Of a DNA stretch of 64,000 nt, positions 1 to 15,000 are shown in pieces (the first letter of the stretch is position 1; every line of letters starts with the position of its first letter). The translations under genes and the position numbers were made by a program. The notes under the pieces are model-generated. The model made no database searches, was not told where the DNA came from, and saw only the letters and a program-made list of their open reading frames with translations. This stretch comes from Squalus acanthias (taxonomy: Eukaryota): the NCBI GenBank assembly GCA_030390025.1, contig JASTWF010000033.1, positions 1 to 64,000 on the forward strand, read 5' to 3'.

Positions 1-3000
1 TTGTGGGGTTTCACAGTGTATCAGGATCCTGCCAGGTGTGTATGGGGTTTCACAGTGTATCAGGATCCTGCCAGGTGTGTATGGGGTTTCACAGTGTATC
101 AGGATCCTGCCAGGTGTGTATGGGGTTTCACAGTGTATCAGGATCCTGCCAGGTGTGTATGGGGTTTCACAGTGTATCAGGATCCTGCCAGGTGTGTATG
201 GGGTTTCACAGTGTATCAGGATCCTGCCAGGTGTGTATGGGTTTCACAGTGTATCAGGATCCTGCCAGGTGTGTATGGGGTTTCACAGTGTATCAGGATC
301 CTGCCAGGTGTGTATGGGGTTTCACAGTGTATCAGGATCCTGCCAGGTGTGTATGGGGTTTCACAGTGTATCAGGATCCTGCCAGGTGTGTATGGGGTTT
401 CACAGTGTATCAGGATCCTGCCAGGTGTGTATGGGGTTTCACAGTGTATCAGGATCCTGCCAGGTGTGTATGGGGTTTCACAGTGTATCAGGATCCTGCC
501 AGGTGTGTATGGGGTTTCACAGTGTATCAGGATCCTGCCAGGTGTGTATGGGGTTTCACAGTGTATCAGGATCCTGCCAGGTGTGTATGGGGTTTCACAG
601 TGTATCAGGATCCTGCCAGGTGTGTATGGGGTTTCACAGTGTATCAGGATCCTGCCAGGTGTGTATGGGTTTCACAGTGTATCAGGATCCTGCCAGGTGT
701 GTATGGGGTTTCACAGTGTATCAGGATCCTGCCAGGTGTGTATGGGGTTTCACAGTGTATCAGGATCCTGCCAGGTGTGTATGGGGTTTCACAGTGTATC
801 AGGATCCTGCCAGGTGTGTATGGGGTTTCACAGTGTATCAGGATCCTGCCAGGTGTGTATGGGGTTTCACAGTGTATCAGGATCCTGCCAGGTGTGTATG
901 GGTTTCACAGTGTATCAGGATCCTGCCAGGTGTGTATGGGGTTTCACAGTGTATCAGGATCCTGCCAGGTGTGTATGGGGTTTCACAGTGTATCAGGATC
1001 CTGCCAGGTGTGTATGGGTTTCACAGTGTATCAGGATCCTGCCAGGTGTGTATGGGTTTCACAGTGTATCAGGATCCTGCCAGGTGTGTATGGGGTTTCA
1101 CAGTGTATCAGGATCCTGCCAGGTGTGTATGGGGTTTCACAGTGTATCAGGATCCTGCCAGGTGTGTATGGGGTTTCACAGTGTATCAGGATCCTGCCAG
1201 GTGTGTATGGGGTTTCACAGTGTATCAGGATCCTGCCAGGTGTGTATGGGGTTTCACAGTGTATCAGGATCCTGCCAGGTGTGTATGGGGTTTCACAGTG
1301 TATCAGGATCCTGCCAGGTGTGTATGGGGTTTCACAGTGTATCAGGATCCTGCCAGGTGTGTATGGGGTTTCACAGTGTATCAGGATCCTGCCAGGTGTG
1401 TATGGGTTTCACAGTGTATCAGGATCCTGCCAGGTGTGTATGGGGTTTCACAGTGTATCAGGATCCTGCCAGGTGTGTATGGGGTTTCACAGTGTATCAG
1501 GATCCTGCCAGGTGTGTATGGGGTTTCACAGTGTATCAGGATCCTGCCAGGTGTGTATGGGGTTTCACAGTGTATCAGGATCCTGCCAGGTGTGTATGGG
1601 GTTTCACAGTGTATCAGGATCCTGCCAGGTGTGTATGGGTTTCACAGTGTATCAGGATCCTGCCAGGTGTGTATGGGGTTTCACAGTGTATCAGGATCCT
1701 GCCAGGTGTGTATGGGGTTTCACAGTGTATCAGGATCCTGCCAGGTGTGTATGGGGTTTCACAGTGTATCAGGATCCTGCCAGGTGTGTATGGGTTTCAC
1801 AGTGTATCAGGATCCTGCCAGGTGTGTATGGGGTTTCACAGTGTATCAGGATCCTGCCAGGTGTGTATGGGGTTTCACAGTGTATCAGGATCCTGCCAGG
1901 TGTGTATGGGGTTTCACAGTGTATCAGGATCCTGCCAGGTGTGTATGGGGTTTCACAGTGTATCAGGATCCTGCCAGGTGTGTATGGGGTTTCACAGTGT
2001 ATCAGGATCCTGCCAGGTGTGTATGGGGTTTCACAGTGTATCAGGATCCTGCCAGGTGTGTATGGGGTTTCACAGTGTATCAGGATCCTGCCAGGTGTGT
2101 ATGGGGTTTCACAGTGTATCAGGATCCTGCCAGGTGTGTATGGGGTTTCACAGTGTATCAGGATCCTGCCAGGTGTGTATGGGGTTTCACAGTGTATCAG
2201 GATCCTGCCAGGTGTGTATGGGGTTTCACAGTGTATCAGGATCCTGCCAGGTGTGTATGGGGTTTCACAGTGTATCAGGATCCTGCCAGGTGTGTATGGG
2301 GTTTCACAGTGTATCAGGATCCTGCCAGGTGTGTATGGGGTTTCACAGTGTATCAGGATCCTGCCAGGTGTGTATGGGGTTTCACAGTGTATCAGGATCC
2401 TGCCAGGTGTGTATGGGGTTTCACAGTGTATCAGGATCCTGCCAGGTGTGTATGGGGTTTCACAGTGTATCAGGATCCTGCCAGGTGTGTATGGGGTTTC
2501 ACAGTGTATCAGGATCCTGCCAGGTGTGTATGGGGTTTCACAGTGTATCAGGATCCTGCCAGGTGTGTATGGGGTTTCACAGTGTATCAGGATCCTGCCA
2601 GGTGTGTATGGGGTTTCACAGTGTATCAGGATCCTGCCAGGTGTGTATGGGGTTTCACAGTGTATCAGGATCCTGCCAGGTGTGTATGGGGTTTCACAGT
2701 GTATCAGGATCCTGCCAGGTGTGTATGGGGTTTCACAGTGTATCAGGATCCTGCCAGGTGTGTATGGGGTTTCACAGTGTATCAGGATCCTGCCAGGTGT
2801 GTATGGGGTTTCACAGTGTATCAGGATCCTGCCAGGTGTGTATGGGGTTTCACAGTGTATCAGGATCCTGCCAGGTGTGTATGGGGTTTCACAGTGTATC
2901 AGGATCCTGCCAGGTGTGTATGGGGTTTCACAGTGTATCAGGATCCTGCCAGGTGTGTATGGGTTTCACAGTGTATCAGGATCCTGCCAGGTGTGTATGG

Positions 3001-6000
3001 GGTTTCACAGTGTATCAGGATCCTGCCAGGTGTGTATGGGGTTTCACAGTGTATCAGGATCCTGCCAGGTGTGTATGGGGTTTCACAGTGTATCAGGATC
3101 CTGCCAGGTGTGTATGGGGTTTCACAGTGTATCAGGATCCTGCCAGGTGTGTATGGGGTTTCACAGTGTATCAGGATCCTGCCAGGTGTGTATGGGGTTT
3201 CACAGTGTATCAGGATCCTGCCAGGTGTGTATGGGGTTTCACAGTGTATCAGGATCCTGCCAGGTGTGTATGGGGTTTCACAGTGTATCAGGATCCTGCC
3301 AGGTGTGTATGGGTTTCACAGTGTATCAGGATCCTGCCAGGTGTGTATGGGGTTTCACAGTGTATCAGGATCCTGCCAGGTGTGTATGGGGTTTCACAGT
3401 GTATCAGGATCCTGCCAGGTGTGTATGGGGTTTCACAGTGTATCAGGATCCTGCCAGGTGTGTATGGGGTTTCACAGTGTATCAGGATCCTGCCAGGTGT
3501 GTATGGGGTTTCACAGTGTATCAGGATCCTGCCAGGTGTGTATGGGGTTTCACAGTGTATCAGGATCCTGCCAGGTGTGTATGGGGTTTCACAGTGTATC
3601 AGGATCCTGCCAGGTGTGTATGGGGTTTCACAGTGTATCAGGATCCTGCCAGGTGTGTATGGGTTTCACAGTGTATCAGGATCCTGCCAGGTGTGTATGG
3701 GGTTTCACAGTGTATCAGGATCCTGCCAGGTGTGTATGGGGTTTCACAGTGTATCAGGATCCTGCAGGTGTGTATGGGGTTTCACAGTGTATCAGGATCC
3801 TGCCAGGTGTGTATGGGGTTTCACAGTGTATCAGGATCCTGCCAGGTGTGTATGGGGTTTCACAGTGTATCAGGATCCTGCCAGGTGTGTATGGGGTTTC
3901 ACAGTGTATCAGGATCCTGCCAGGTGTGTATGGGGTTTCACAGTGTATCAGGATCCTGCCAGGTGTGTATGGGGTTTCACAGTGTATCAGGATCCTGCCA
4001 GGTGTGTATGGGGTTTCACAGTGTATCAGGATCCTGCCAGGTGTGTATGGGGTTTCACAGTGTATCAGGATCCTGCCAGGTGTGTATGGGGTTTCACAGT
4101 GTATCAGGATCCTGCCAGGTGTGTATGGGGTTTCACAGTGTATCAGGATCCTGCCAGGTGTGTATGGGGTTTCACAGTGTATCAGGATCCTGCCAGGTGT
4201 GTATGGGGTTTCACAGTGTATCAGGATCCTGCCAGGTGTGTATGGGGTTTCACAGTGTATCAGGATCCTGCCAGGTGTGTATGGGGTTTCACAGTGTATC
4301 AGGATCCTGCCAGGTGTGTATGGGGTTTCACAGTGTATCAGGATCCTGCCAGGTGTGTATGGGGTTTCACAGTGTATCAGGATCCTGCCAGGTGTGTATG
4401 GGGTTTCACAGTGTATCAGGATCCTGCCAGGTGTGTATGGGGTTTCACAGTGTATCAGGATCCTGCCAGGTGTGTATGGGGTTTCACAGTGTATCAGGAT
4501 CCTGCCAGGTGTGTATGGGGTTTCACAGTGTATCAGGATCCTGCCAGGTGTGTATGGGGTTTCACAGTGTATCAGGATCCTGCCAGGTGTGTATGGGGTT
4601 TCACAGTGTATCAGGATCCTGCCAGGTGTGTATGGGGTTTCACAGTGTATCAGGATCCTGCCAGGTGTGTATGGGGTTTCACAGTGTATCAGGATCCTGC
4701 CAGGTGTGTATGGGGTTTCACAGTGTATCAGGATCCTGCCAGGTGTGTATGGGGTTTCACAGTGTATCAGGATCCTGCCAGGTGTGTATGGGGTTTCACA
4801 GTGTATCAGGATCCTGCCAGGTGTGTATGGGGTTTCACAGTGTATCAGGATCCTGCCAGGTGTGTATGGGGTTTCACAGTGTATCAGGATCCTGCCAGGT
4901 GTGTATGGGGTTTCACAGTGTATCAGGATCCTGCCAGGTGTGTATGGGGTTTCACAGTGTATCAGGATCCTGCCAGGTGTGTATGGGGTTTCACAGTGTA
5001 TCAGGATCCTGCCAGGTGTGTATGGGGTTTCACAGTGTATCAGGATCCTGCCAGGTGTGTATGGGGTTTCACAGTGTATCAGGATCCTGCCAGGTGTGTA
5101 TGGGTTTCACAGTGTATCAGGATCCTGCCAGGTGTGTATGGGGTTTCACAGTGTATCAGGATCCTGCCAGGTGTGTATGGGGTTTCACAGTGTATCAGGA
5201 TCCTGCCAGGTGTGTATGGGTTTCACAGTGTATCAGGATCCTGCCAGGTGTGTATGGGGTTTCACAGTGTATCAGGATCCTGCCAGGTGTGTATGGGGTT
5301 TCACAGTGTATCAGGATCCTGCCAGGTGTGTATGGGGTTTCACAGTGTATCAGGATCCTGCCAGGTGTGTATGGGTTTCACAGTGTATCAGGATCCTGCC
5401 AGGTGTGTATGGGGTTTCACAGTGTATCAGGATCCTGCCAGGTGTGTATGGGGTTTCACAGTGTATCAGGATCCTGCCAGGTGTGTATGGGGTTTCACAG
5501 TGTATCAGGATCCTGCCAGGTGTGTATGGGGTTTCACAGTGTATCAGGATCCTGCCAGGTGTGTATGGGGTTTCACAGTGTATCAGGATCCTGCCAGGTG
5601 TGTATGGGGTTTCACAGTGTATCAGGATCCTGCCAGGTGTGTATGGGGTTTCACAGTGTATCAGGATCCTGCCAGGTGTGTATGGGGTTTCACAGTGTAT
5701 CAGGATCCTGCCAGGTGTGTATGGGGTTTCACAGTGTATCAGGATCCTGCCAGGTGTGTATGGGGTTTCACAGTGTATCAGGATCCTGCCAGGTGTGTAT
5801 GGGGTTTCACAGTGTATCAGGATCCTGCCAGGTGTGTATGGGGTTTCACAGTGTATCAGGATCCTGCCAGGTGTGTATGGGGTTTCACAGTGTATCAGGA
5901 TCCTGCCAGGTGTGTATGGGGTTTCACAGTGTATCAGGATCCTGCCAGGTGTGTATGGGGTTTCACAGTGTATCAGGATCCTGCCAGGTGTGTATGGGTT

Positions 6001-9000
6001 TCACAGTGTATCAGGATCCTGCCAGGTGTGTATGGGTTTCACAGTGTATCAGGATCCTGCCAGGTGTGTATGGGGTTTCACAGTGTATCAGGATCCTGCC
6101 AGGTGTGTATGGGGTTTCACAGTGTATCAGGATCCTGCCAGGTGTGTATGGGTTTCACAGTGTATCAGGATCCTGCCAGGTGTGTATGGGGTTTCACAGT
6201 GTATCAGGATCCTGCCAGGTGTGTATGGGGTTTCACAGTGTATCAGGATCCTGCCAGGTGTGTATGGGGTTTCACAGTGTATCAGGATCCTGCCAGGTGT
6301 GTATGGGGTTTCACAGTGTATCAGGATCCTGCCAGGTGTGTATGGGGTTTCACAGTGTATCAGGATCCTGCCAGGTGTGTATGGGGTTTCACAGTGTATC
6401 AGGATCCTGCCAGGTGTGTATGGGGTTTCAGTGTATCAGGATCCTGCCAGGTGTGTATGGGGTTTCACAGTGTATCAGGATCCTGCCAGGTGTGTATGGG
6501 GTTTCACAGTGTATCAGGATCCTGCCAGGTGTGTATGGGGTTTCACAGTGTATCAGGATCCTGCCAGGTGTGTATGGGGTTTCACAGTGTATCAGGATCC
6601 TGCCAGGTGTGTATGGGGTTTCACAGTGTATCAGGATCCTGCCAGGTGTGTATGGGGTTTCACAGTGTATCAGGATCCTGCCAGGTGTGTATGGGGTTTC
6701 ACAGTGTATCAGGATCCTGCCAGGTGTGTATGGGGTTTCACAGTGTATCAGGATCCTGCCAGGTGTGTATGGGGTTTCACAGTGTATCAGGATCCTGCCA
6801 GGTGTGTATGGGGTTTCACAGTGTATCAGGATCCTGCCAGGTGTGTATGGGGTTTCACAGTGTATCAGGATCCTGCCAGGTGTGTATGGGGTTTCACAGT
6901 GTATCAGGATCCTGCCAGGTGTGTATGGGGTTTCACAGTGTATCAGGATCCTGCCAGGTGTGTATGGGGTTTCACAGTGTATCAGGATCCTGCCAGGTGT
7001 GTATGGGGTTTCACAGTGTATCAGGATCCTGCCAGGTGTGTATGGGGTTTCACAGTGTATCAGGATCCTGCCAGGTGTGTATGGGGTTTCACAGTGTATC
7101 AGGATCCTGCCAGGTGTGTATGGGGTTTCACAGTGTATCAGGATCCTGCCAGGTGTGTATGGGGTTTCACAGTGTATCAGGATCCTGCCAGGTGTGTATG
7201 GGGTTTCACAGTGTATCAGGATCCTGCCAGGTGTGTATGGGGTTTCACAGTGTATCAGGATCCTGCCAGGTGTGTATGGGTTTCACAGTGTATCAGGATC
7301 CTGCCAGGTGTGTATGGGGTTTCACAGTGTATCAGGATCCTGCCAGGTGTGTATGGGGTTTCACAGTGTATCAGGATCCTGCCAGGTGTGTATGGGGTTT
7401 CACAGTGTATCAGGATCCTGCCAGGTGTGTATGGGGTTTCACAGTGTATCAGGATCCTGCCAGGTGTGTATGGGGTTTCACAGTGTATCAGGATCCTGCC
7501 AGGTGTGTATGGGGTTTCACAGTGTATCAGGATCCTGCCAGGTGTGTATGGGTTTCACAGTGTATCAGGATCCTGCCAGGTGTGTATGGGGTTTCACAGT
7601 GTATCAGGATCCTGCCAGGTGTGTATGGGGTTTCACAGTGTATCAGGATCCTGCCAGGTGTGTATGGGGTTTCACAGTGTATCAGGATCCTGCCAGGTGT
7701 GTATGGGGTTTCACAGTGTATCAGGATCCTGCCAGGTGTGTATGGGGTTTCACAGTGTATCAGGATCCTGCCAGGTGTGTATGGGGTTTCACAGTGTATC
7801 AGGATCCTGCCAGGTGTGTATGGGGTTTCACAGTGTATCAGGATCCTGCCAGGTGTGTATGGGGTTTCACAGTGTATCAGGATCCTGCCAGGTGTGTATG
7901 GGGTTTCACAGTGTATCAGGATCCTGCCAGGTGTGTATGGGGTTTCACAGTGTATCAGGATCCTGCCAGGTGTGTATGGGGTTTCACAGTGTATCAGGAT
8001 CCTGCCAGGTGTGTATGGGGTTTCACAGTGTATCAGGATCCTGCCAGGTGTGTATGGGGTTTCACAGTGTATCAGGATCCTGCCAGGTGTGTATGGGGTT
8101 TCACAGTGTATCAGGATCCTGCCAGGTGTGTATGGGGTTTCACAGTGTATCAGGATCCTGCCAGGTGTGTATGGGGTTTCACAGTGTATCAGGATCCTGC
8201 CAGGTGTGTATGGGGTTTCACAGTGTATCAGGATCCTGCCAGGTGTGTATGGGGTTTCACAGTGTATCAGGATCCTGCCAGGTGTGTATGGGGTTTCACA
8301 GTGTATCAGGATCCTGCCAGGTGTGTATGGGGTTTCACAGTGTATCAGGATCCTGCCAGGTGTGTATGGGGTTTCACAGTGTATCAGGATCCTGCCAGGT
8401 GTGTATGGGGTTTCACAGTGTATCAGGATCCTGCCAGGTGTGTATGGGGTTTCACAGTGTATCAGGATCCTGCCAGGTGTGTATGGGGTTTCACAGTGTA
8501 TCAGGATCCTGCCAGGTGTGTATGGGGTTTCACAGTGTATCAGGATCCTGCCAGGTGTGTATGGGGTTTCACAGTGTATCAGGATCCTGCCAGGTGTGTA
8601 TGGGGTTTCACAGTGTATCAGGATCCTGCCAGGTGTGTATGGGGTTTCACAGTGTATCAGGATCCTGCCAGGTGTGTATGGGGTTTCACAGTGTATCAGG
8701 ATCCTGCCAGGTGTGTATGGGGTTTCACAGTGTATCAGGATCCTGCCAGGTGTGTATGGGGTTTCAGTGTATCAGGATCCTGCCAGGTGTGTATGGGGTT
8801 TCACAGTGTATCAGGATCCTGCCAGGTGTGTATGGGGTTTCACAGTGTATCAGGATCCTGCCAGGTGTGTATGGGGTTTCACAGTGTATCAGGATCCTGC
8901 CAGGTGTGTATGGGGTTTCACAGTGTATCAGGATCCTGCCAGGTGTGTATGGGGTTTCACAGTGTATCAGGATCCTGCCAGGTGTGTATGGGGTTTCACA

Positions 9001-12000
9001 GTGTATCAGGATCCTGCCAGGTGTGTATGGGGTTTCACAGTGTATCAGGATCCTGCCAGGTGTGTATGGGGTTTCACAGTGTATCAGGATCCTGCCAGGT
9101 GTGTATGGGGTTTCACAGTGTATCAGGATCCTGCCAGGTGTGTATGGGGTTTCACAGTGTATCAGGATCCTGCCAGGTGTGTATGGGGTTTCACAGTGTA
9201 TCAGGATCCTGCCAGGTGTGTATGGGGTTTCACAGTGTATCAGGATCCTGCCAGGTGTGTATGGGGTTTCACAGTGTATCAGGATCCTGCCAGGTGTGTA
9301 TGGGGTTTCACAGTGTATCAGGATCCTGCCAGGTGTGTATGGGGTTTCACAGTGTATCAGGATCCTGCCAGGTGTGTATGGGGTTTCACAGTGTATCAGG
9401 ATCCTGCCAGGTGTGTATGGGGTTTCACAGTGTATCAGGATCCTGCCAGGTGTGTATGGGGTTTCACAGTGTATCAGGATCCTGCCAGGTGTGTATGGGG
9501 TTTCACAGTGTATCAGGATCCTGCCAGGTGTGTATGGGGTTTCACAGTGTATCAGGATCCTGCCAGGTGTGTATGGGGTTTCAGTGTATCAGGATCCTGC
9601 CAGGTGTGTATGGGGTTTCACAGTGTATCAGGATCCTGCCAGGTGTGTATGGGGTTTCACAGTGTATCAGGATCCTGCCAGGTGTGTATGGGTTTCACAG
9701 TGTATCAGGATCCTGCCAGGTGTGTATGGGGTTTCACAGTGTATCAGGATCCTGCCAGGTGTGTATGGGGTTTCACAGTGTATCAGGATCCTGCCAGGTG
9801 TGTATGGGGTTTCACAGTGTATCAGGATCCTGCCAGGTGTGTATGGGGTTTCACAGTGTATCAGGATCCTGCCAGGTGTGTATGGGGTTTCACAGTGTAT
9901 CAGGATCCTGCCAGGTGTGTATGGGGTTTCACAGTGTATCAGGATCCTGCCAGGTGTGTATGGGGTTTCACAGTGTATCAGGATCCTGCCAGGTGTGTAT
10001 GGGGTTTCACAGTGTATCAGGATCCTGCCAGGTGTGTATGGGGTTTCACAGTGTATCAGGATCCTGCCAGGTGTGTATGGGGTTTCACAGTGTATCAGGA
10101 TCCTGCCAGGTGTGTATGGGGTTTCACAGTGTATCAGGATCCTGCCAGGTGTGTATGGGGTTTCACAGTGTATCAGGGATCCTGCCAGGTGTGTATGGGG
10201 TTTCACAGTGTATCAGGAGCCTGCCAGGTGTGTATGGGGTTTCACAGTGTATCAGGATCCTGCCAGGTGTGTATGGGGTTTCACAGTGTATCAGGATCCT
10301 GCCAGGTGTGTATGGGGTTTCACAGTGTATCAGGATCCTGCCAGGTGTGTATGGGGTTTCACAGTGTATCAGGATCCTGCCAGGTGTGTATGGGGTTTCA
10401 CAGTGTATCAGGATCCTGCCAGGTGTGTATGGGGTTTCACAGTGTATCAGGATCCTGCCAGGTGTGTATGGGGTTTCACAGTGTATCAGGATCCTGCCAG
10501 GTGTGTATGGGGTTTCACAGTGTATCAGGATCCTGCCAGGTGTGTATGGGGTTTCACAGTGTATCAGGATCCTGCCAGGTGTGTATGGGGTTTCACAGTG
10601 TATCAGGATCCTGCCAGGTGTGTATGGGGTTTCACAGTGTATCAGGATCCTGCCAGGTGTGTATGGGGTTTCACAGTGTATCAGGATCCTGCCAGGTGTG
10701 TATGGGGTTTCACAGTGTATCAGGATCCTGCCAGGTGTGTATGGGGTTTCACAGTGTATCAGGATCCTGCCAGGTGTGTATGGGGTTTCACAGTGTATCA
10801 GGATCCTGCCAGGTGTGTATGGGGTTTCACAGTGTATCAGGATCCTGCCAGGTGTGTATGGGGTTTCACAGTGTATCAGGATCCTGCCAGGTGTGTATGG
10901 GGTTTCACAGTGTATCAGGATCCTGCCAGGTGTGTATGGGGTTTCACAGTGTATCAGGATCCTGCCAGGTGTGTATGGGGTTTCACAGTGTATCAGGATC
11001 CTGCCAGGTGTGTATGGGGTTTCACAGTGTATCAGGATCCTGCCAGGTGTGTATGGGGTTTCACAGTGTATCAGGATCCTGCCAGGTGTGTATGGGGTTT
11101 CACAGTGTATCAGGATCCTGCCAGGTGTGTATGGGTTTCACAGTGTATCAGGATCCTGCCAGGTGTGTATGGGGTTTCACAGTGTATCAGGATCCTGCCA
11201 GGTGTGTATGGGGTTTCACAGTGTATCAGGATCCTGCCAGGTGTGTATGGGGTTTCACAGTGTATCAGGATCCTGCCAGGTGTGTATGGGGTTTCACAGT
11301 GTATCAGGATCCTGCCAGGTGTGTATGGGGTTTCACAGTGTATCAGGATCCTGCCAGGTGTGTATGGGGTTTCACAGTGTATCAGGATCCTGCCAGGTGT
11401 GTATGGGGTTTCACAGTGTATCAGGATCCTGCCAGGTGTGTATGGGGTTTCACAGTGTATCAGGATCCTGCCAGGTGTGTATGGGGTTTCACAGTGTATC
11501 AGGATCCTGCCAGGTGTGTATGGGGTTTCACAGTGTATCAGGATCCTGCCAGGTGTGTATGGGGTTTCACAGTGTATCAGGATCCTGCCAGGTGTGTATG
11601 GGGTTTCACAGTGTATCAGGATCCTGCCAGGTGTGTATGGGGTTTCACAGTGTATCAGGATCCTGCCAGGTGTGTATGGGGTTTCACAGTGTATCAGGAT
11701 CCTGCCAGGTGTGTATGGGGTTTCACAGTGTATCAGGATCCTGCCAGGTGTGTATGGGGTTTCACAGTGTATCAGGATCCTGCCAGGTGTGTATGGGGTT
11801 TCACAGTGTATCAGGATCCTGCCAGGTGTGTATGGGGTTTCACAGTGTATCAGGATCCTGCCAGGTGTGTATGGGGTTTCACAGTGTATCAGGATCCTGC
11901 CAGGTGTGTATGGGGTTTCACAGTGTATCAGGATCCTGCCAGGTGTGTATGGGGTTTCACAGTGTATCAGGATCCTGCCAGGTGTGTATGGGGTTTCACA

Positions 12001-15000
12001 GTGTATCAGGATCCTGCCAGGTGTGTATGGGGTTTCACAGTGTATCAGGATCCTGCCAGGTGTGTATGGGGTTTCACAGTGTATCAGGATCCTGCCAGGT
12101 GTGTATGGGGTTTCACAGTGTATCAGGATCCTGCCAGGTGTGTATGGGGTTTCACAGTGTATCAGGATCCTGCCAGGTGTGTATGGGGTTTCACAGTGTA
12201 TCAGGATCCTGCCAGGTGTGTATGGGGTTTCACAGTGTATCAGGATCCTGCCAGGTGTGTATGGGGTTTCACAGTGTATCAGGATCCTGCCAGGTGTGTA
12301 TGGGGTTTCACAGTGTATCAGGATCCTGCCAGGTGTGTATGGGGTTTCACAGTGTATCAGGATCCTGCCAGGTGTGTATGGGGTTTCACAGTGTATCAGG
12401 ATCCTGCCAGGTGTGTATGGGGTTTCACAGTGTATCAGATCCTGCCAGGTGTGTATGGGGTTTCAGTGTATCAGGATCCTGCCAGGTGTGTATGGGGTTT
12501 CACAGTGTATCAGGATCCTGCCAGGTGTGTATGGGGTTTCACAGTGTATCAGGATCCTGCCAGGTGTGTATATGGTTTCACTGTGCATCAGGATCCTGCC
12601 AGGTGTGTATGGGGTTTCACAGTGTATCAGGATCCTGCCAGGTGTGTATAGGGTTTCACTGTGCATCAGGATCCTGCCAGGTGTGTATGGGGTTTCACAG
12701 TGTATCAGGATCCTGCCAGGTGTGTATCGGGGTTCACAGTGTATCAGGATCCTGCCAGGTGTGTATGGGGTTTCACAGTGTATCAGGATCCTGCCAGGTG
12801 TGTATGGGGTTTCACAGTGTATCAGGATCCTGCCAGGTGTGTATGGGGTTTCACAGTGTATCAGGATCCTGCCAGGTGTGTATGGGGTTTCACAGTGCAT
12901 CAGGATCCTGCCAGGTGTGTATGGGGTTTCACAGTGTATCAGGATCCTGTCAGGTGTGTATGGGGTTTCACAGTGTATCAGGATCCTGCCAGGTGTGTAT
13001 GGGGTTTCACAGTGTATCAGGAGCCTGCTAGGTGTGTATGGGGTTTCACAGTGTATCGGGATCCTGTCAGGTGTGTATGGGGTTTCACAGTGTATCAGGA
13101 GCCTGCCAGGTGTGTATGGGGTTTCACAGTGTATCAGGATCCTGCCAGGTGTGTATGGGGTTTCACAGTGTATCAGGATCCTGCCAGGTGTGTATGGGGT
13201 TTCACAGTGTATCAGGATCCTGCCAGGTGTGTATGGGGTTTCACAGTGTATCAGGATCCTGCCAGGTGTGTATGGGGTTTCACAGTGTATCAGGATCCTG
13301 CCAGGTGTGTATGGGGTTTCACAGTGTATCAGGATCCTGCCAGGTGTGTATGGGGTTTCACAGTGTATCAGGATACTGCCAGGTGTGTATGGGGTTTCAC
13401 AGTGTATCAGGATCCTGCCAGGTGTGTATGGGGTTTCACAGTGTATCAGGATCCTGCCAGGTGTGTATGGGGTTTCACAGTGTATCAGGATCCTGCCAGG
13501 TGTGTATGGGGTTTCACAGTGTATCAGGATCCTGCCACGTGTGTATGGGGTTTTACAGTGTATCAGGATCCTGCCAGGTGTGTATGGGGTTTCACAGTGT
13601 ATCAGGATCCTGCCAGGTGTGTATGGGGTTTCACAGTGTATCAGGATCCTGCCAGGTGTGTATGGGGTTTCACAGTGTATCAGGATCCTGCCAGGTGTGT
13701 ATGGGGTTTCACAGTGTATCAGGATCCTGCCAGGTGTGTATGGGGTTTCACAGTGTATCAGGATCCTGCCAGGTGTGTATGGGGTTTCACAGTGTATCAG
13801 GATCCTGCCAGGTGTGTATGGGGTTTCACAGTATATCAGGATCCTGCCAGGTGTGTATGAGGTTTCACAGTATATCAGGATCCTGCCAGGTGTGTATGGG
13901 GTTTCACAGTGTATCAGGATCCTGCCAGGTGTGTATGGGGTTTCACAGTGTATCAGGATCCTGCCAGGTGTGTATGGGGTTTCAGTGTATCAGGATCCTG
14001 ACAGGTGTGTATGCGGTTTCACAGTGTATCAGGATCCTGCCAGGTGTGTATGGGGTTTCACAGTGTATCAGGATCCTGCCAGGTGTGTATGGGTTTTCAC
14101 AGTGTATCAGGTTCCTGCCAGCTGTGTATGGGGTTACACAGTGTATCAGGATCCTGCCAGGTGTGTATGGGGTTTCAGTGTATCAGGATCCTGCCAGGTG
14201 TCTATGGGGTTTCACAGTGTATCAGGATCCTGCCAGGTGTGTATGGGGTTTCACAGTGTATCAGGATCCTGCCAGGTGTTTATGGGGTTTCACAGTGTAT
14301 CAGAATCTTTCCAGGTGTGTATGGGGTTTCACAGTGAATCAGGATCCTGCCAGGTGTGTATGGGTTTTCACAGTGTATCAGGTTCCTGCCAGCTGTGTAT
14401 GGGGTTACAGAGTGTATCAGGATCCTGCCAGGTGTGTATGGGGTTTCAGTGTATCAGGATCCTGCCAGGTGTCTATGGGGTTTCACAGTGTATCAGGATC
14501 CTGCCAGGTGTGTATGGGGTTTCACAGTGTATCAGGATCCTGCCAGGTGTTTATGGGGTTTCACAGTGTATCAGAATCTTTCCAGGTGTGTATGGGGTTT
14601 CACAGTGAATCAGGATCCTGCCAGGTGTGTATGGGGTTTCACATTATATCAGGATCCTGCCAGGTGTGTATGGGGTTTCACAGTGTATCAGGATCCTGCC
14701 AGGTGTGTATGTGGTTTCACAGTGTATCAGGATCCTGCCAGGTGTGTATGGGGGTTTCACAGTGTATCAGGATCCTGCCAGGTGTGTATGGGGTTTCTCA
14801 GTGTATCAGGATCCTGACAGGTGTGTATGGGGTTTCACAGTGTATCAGGATCCTGCCAGGTGTGTATGGGGTTTCACAGTGTATCAGGATCCTGCCAGGT
14901 GTGTATGGGGTTTCACAGTGTATCAGGATCCTGCCAGGTGTGTATGGGGTTTCACAGTGTATCAGGATCCTGCCAGGTGTGTATCAGGATCCTGCCAGGT

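Noticed and set aside
1..14608. Three giant ORFs (4216, 4342, 4856 aa)
   Set aside because: Translations of a stop-free 39-bp satellite. Indels switch freely among the three peptides, there is no synonymous variation, and they are antisense within a predicted intron.
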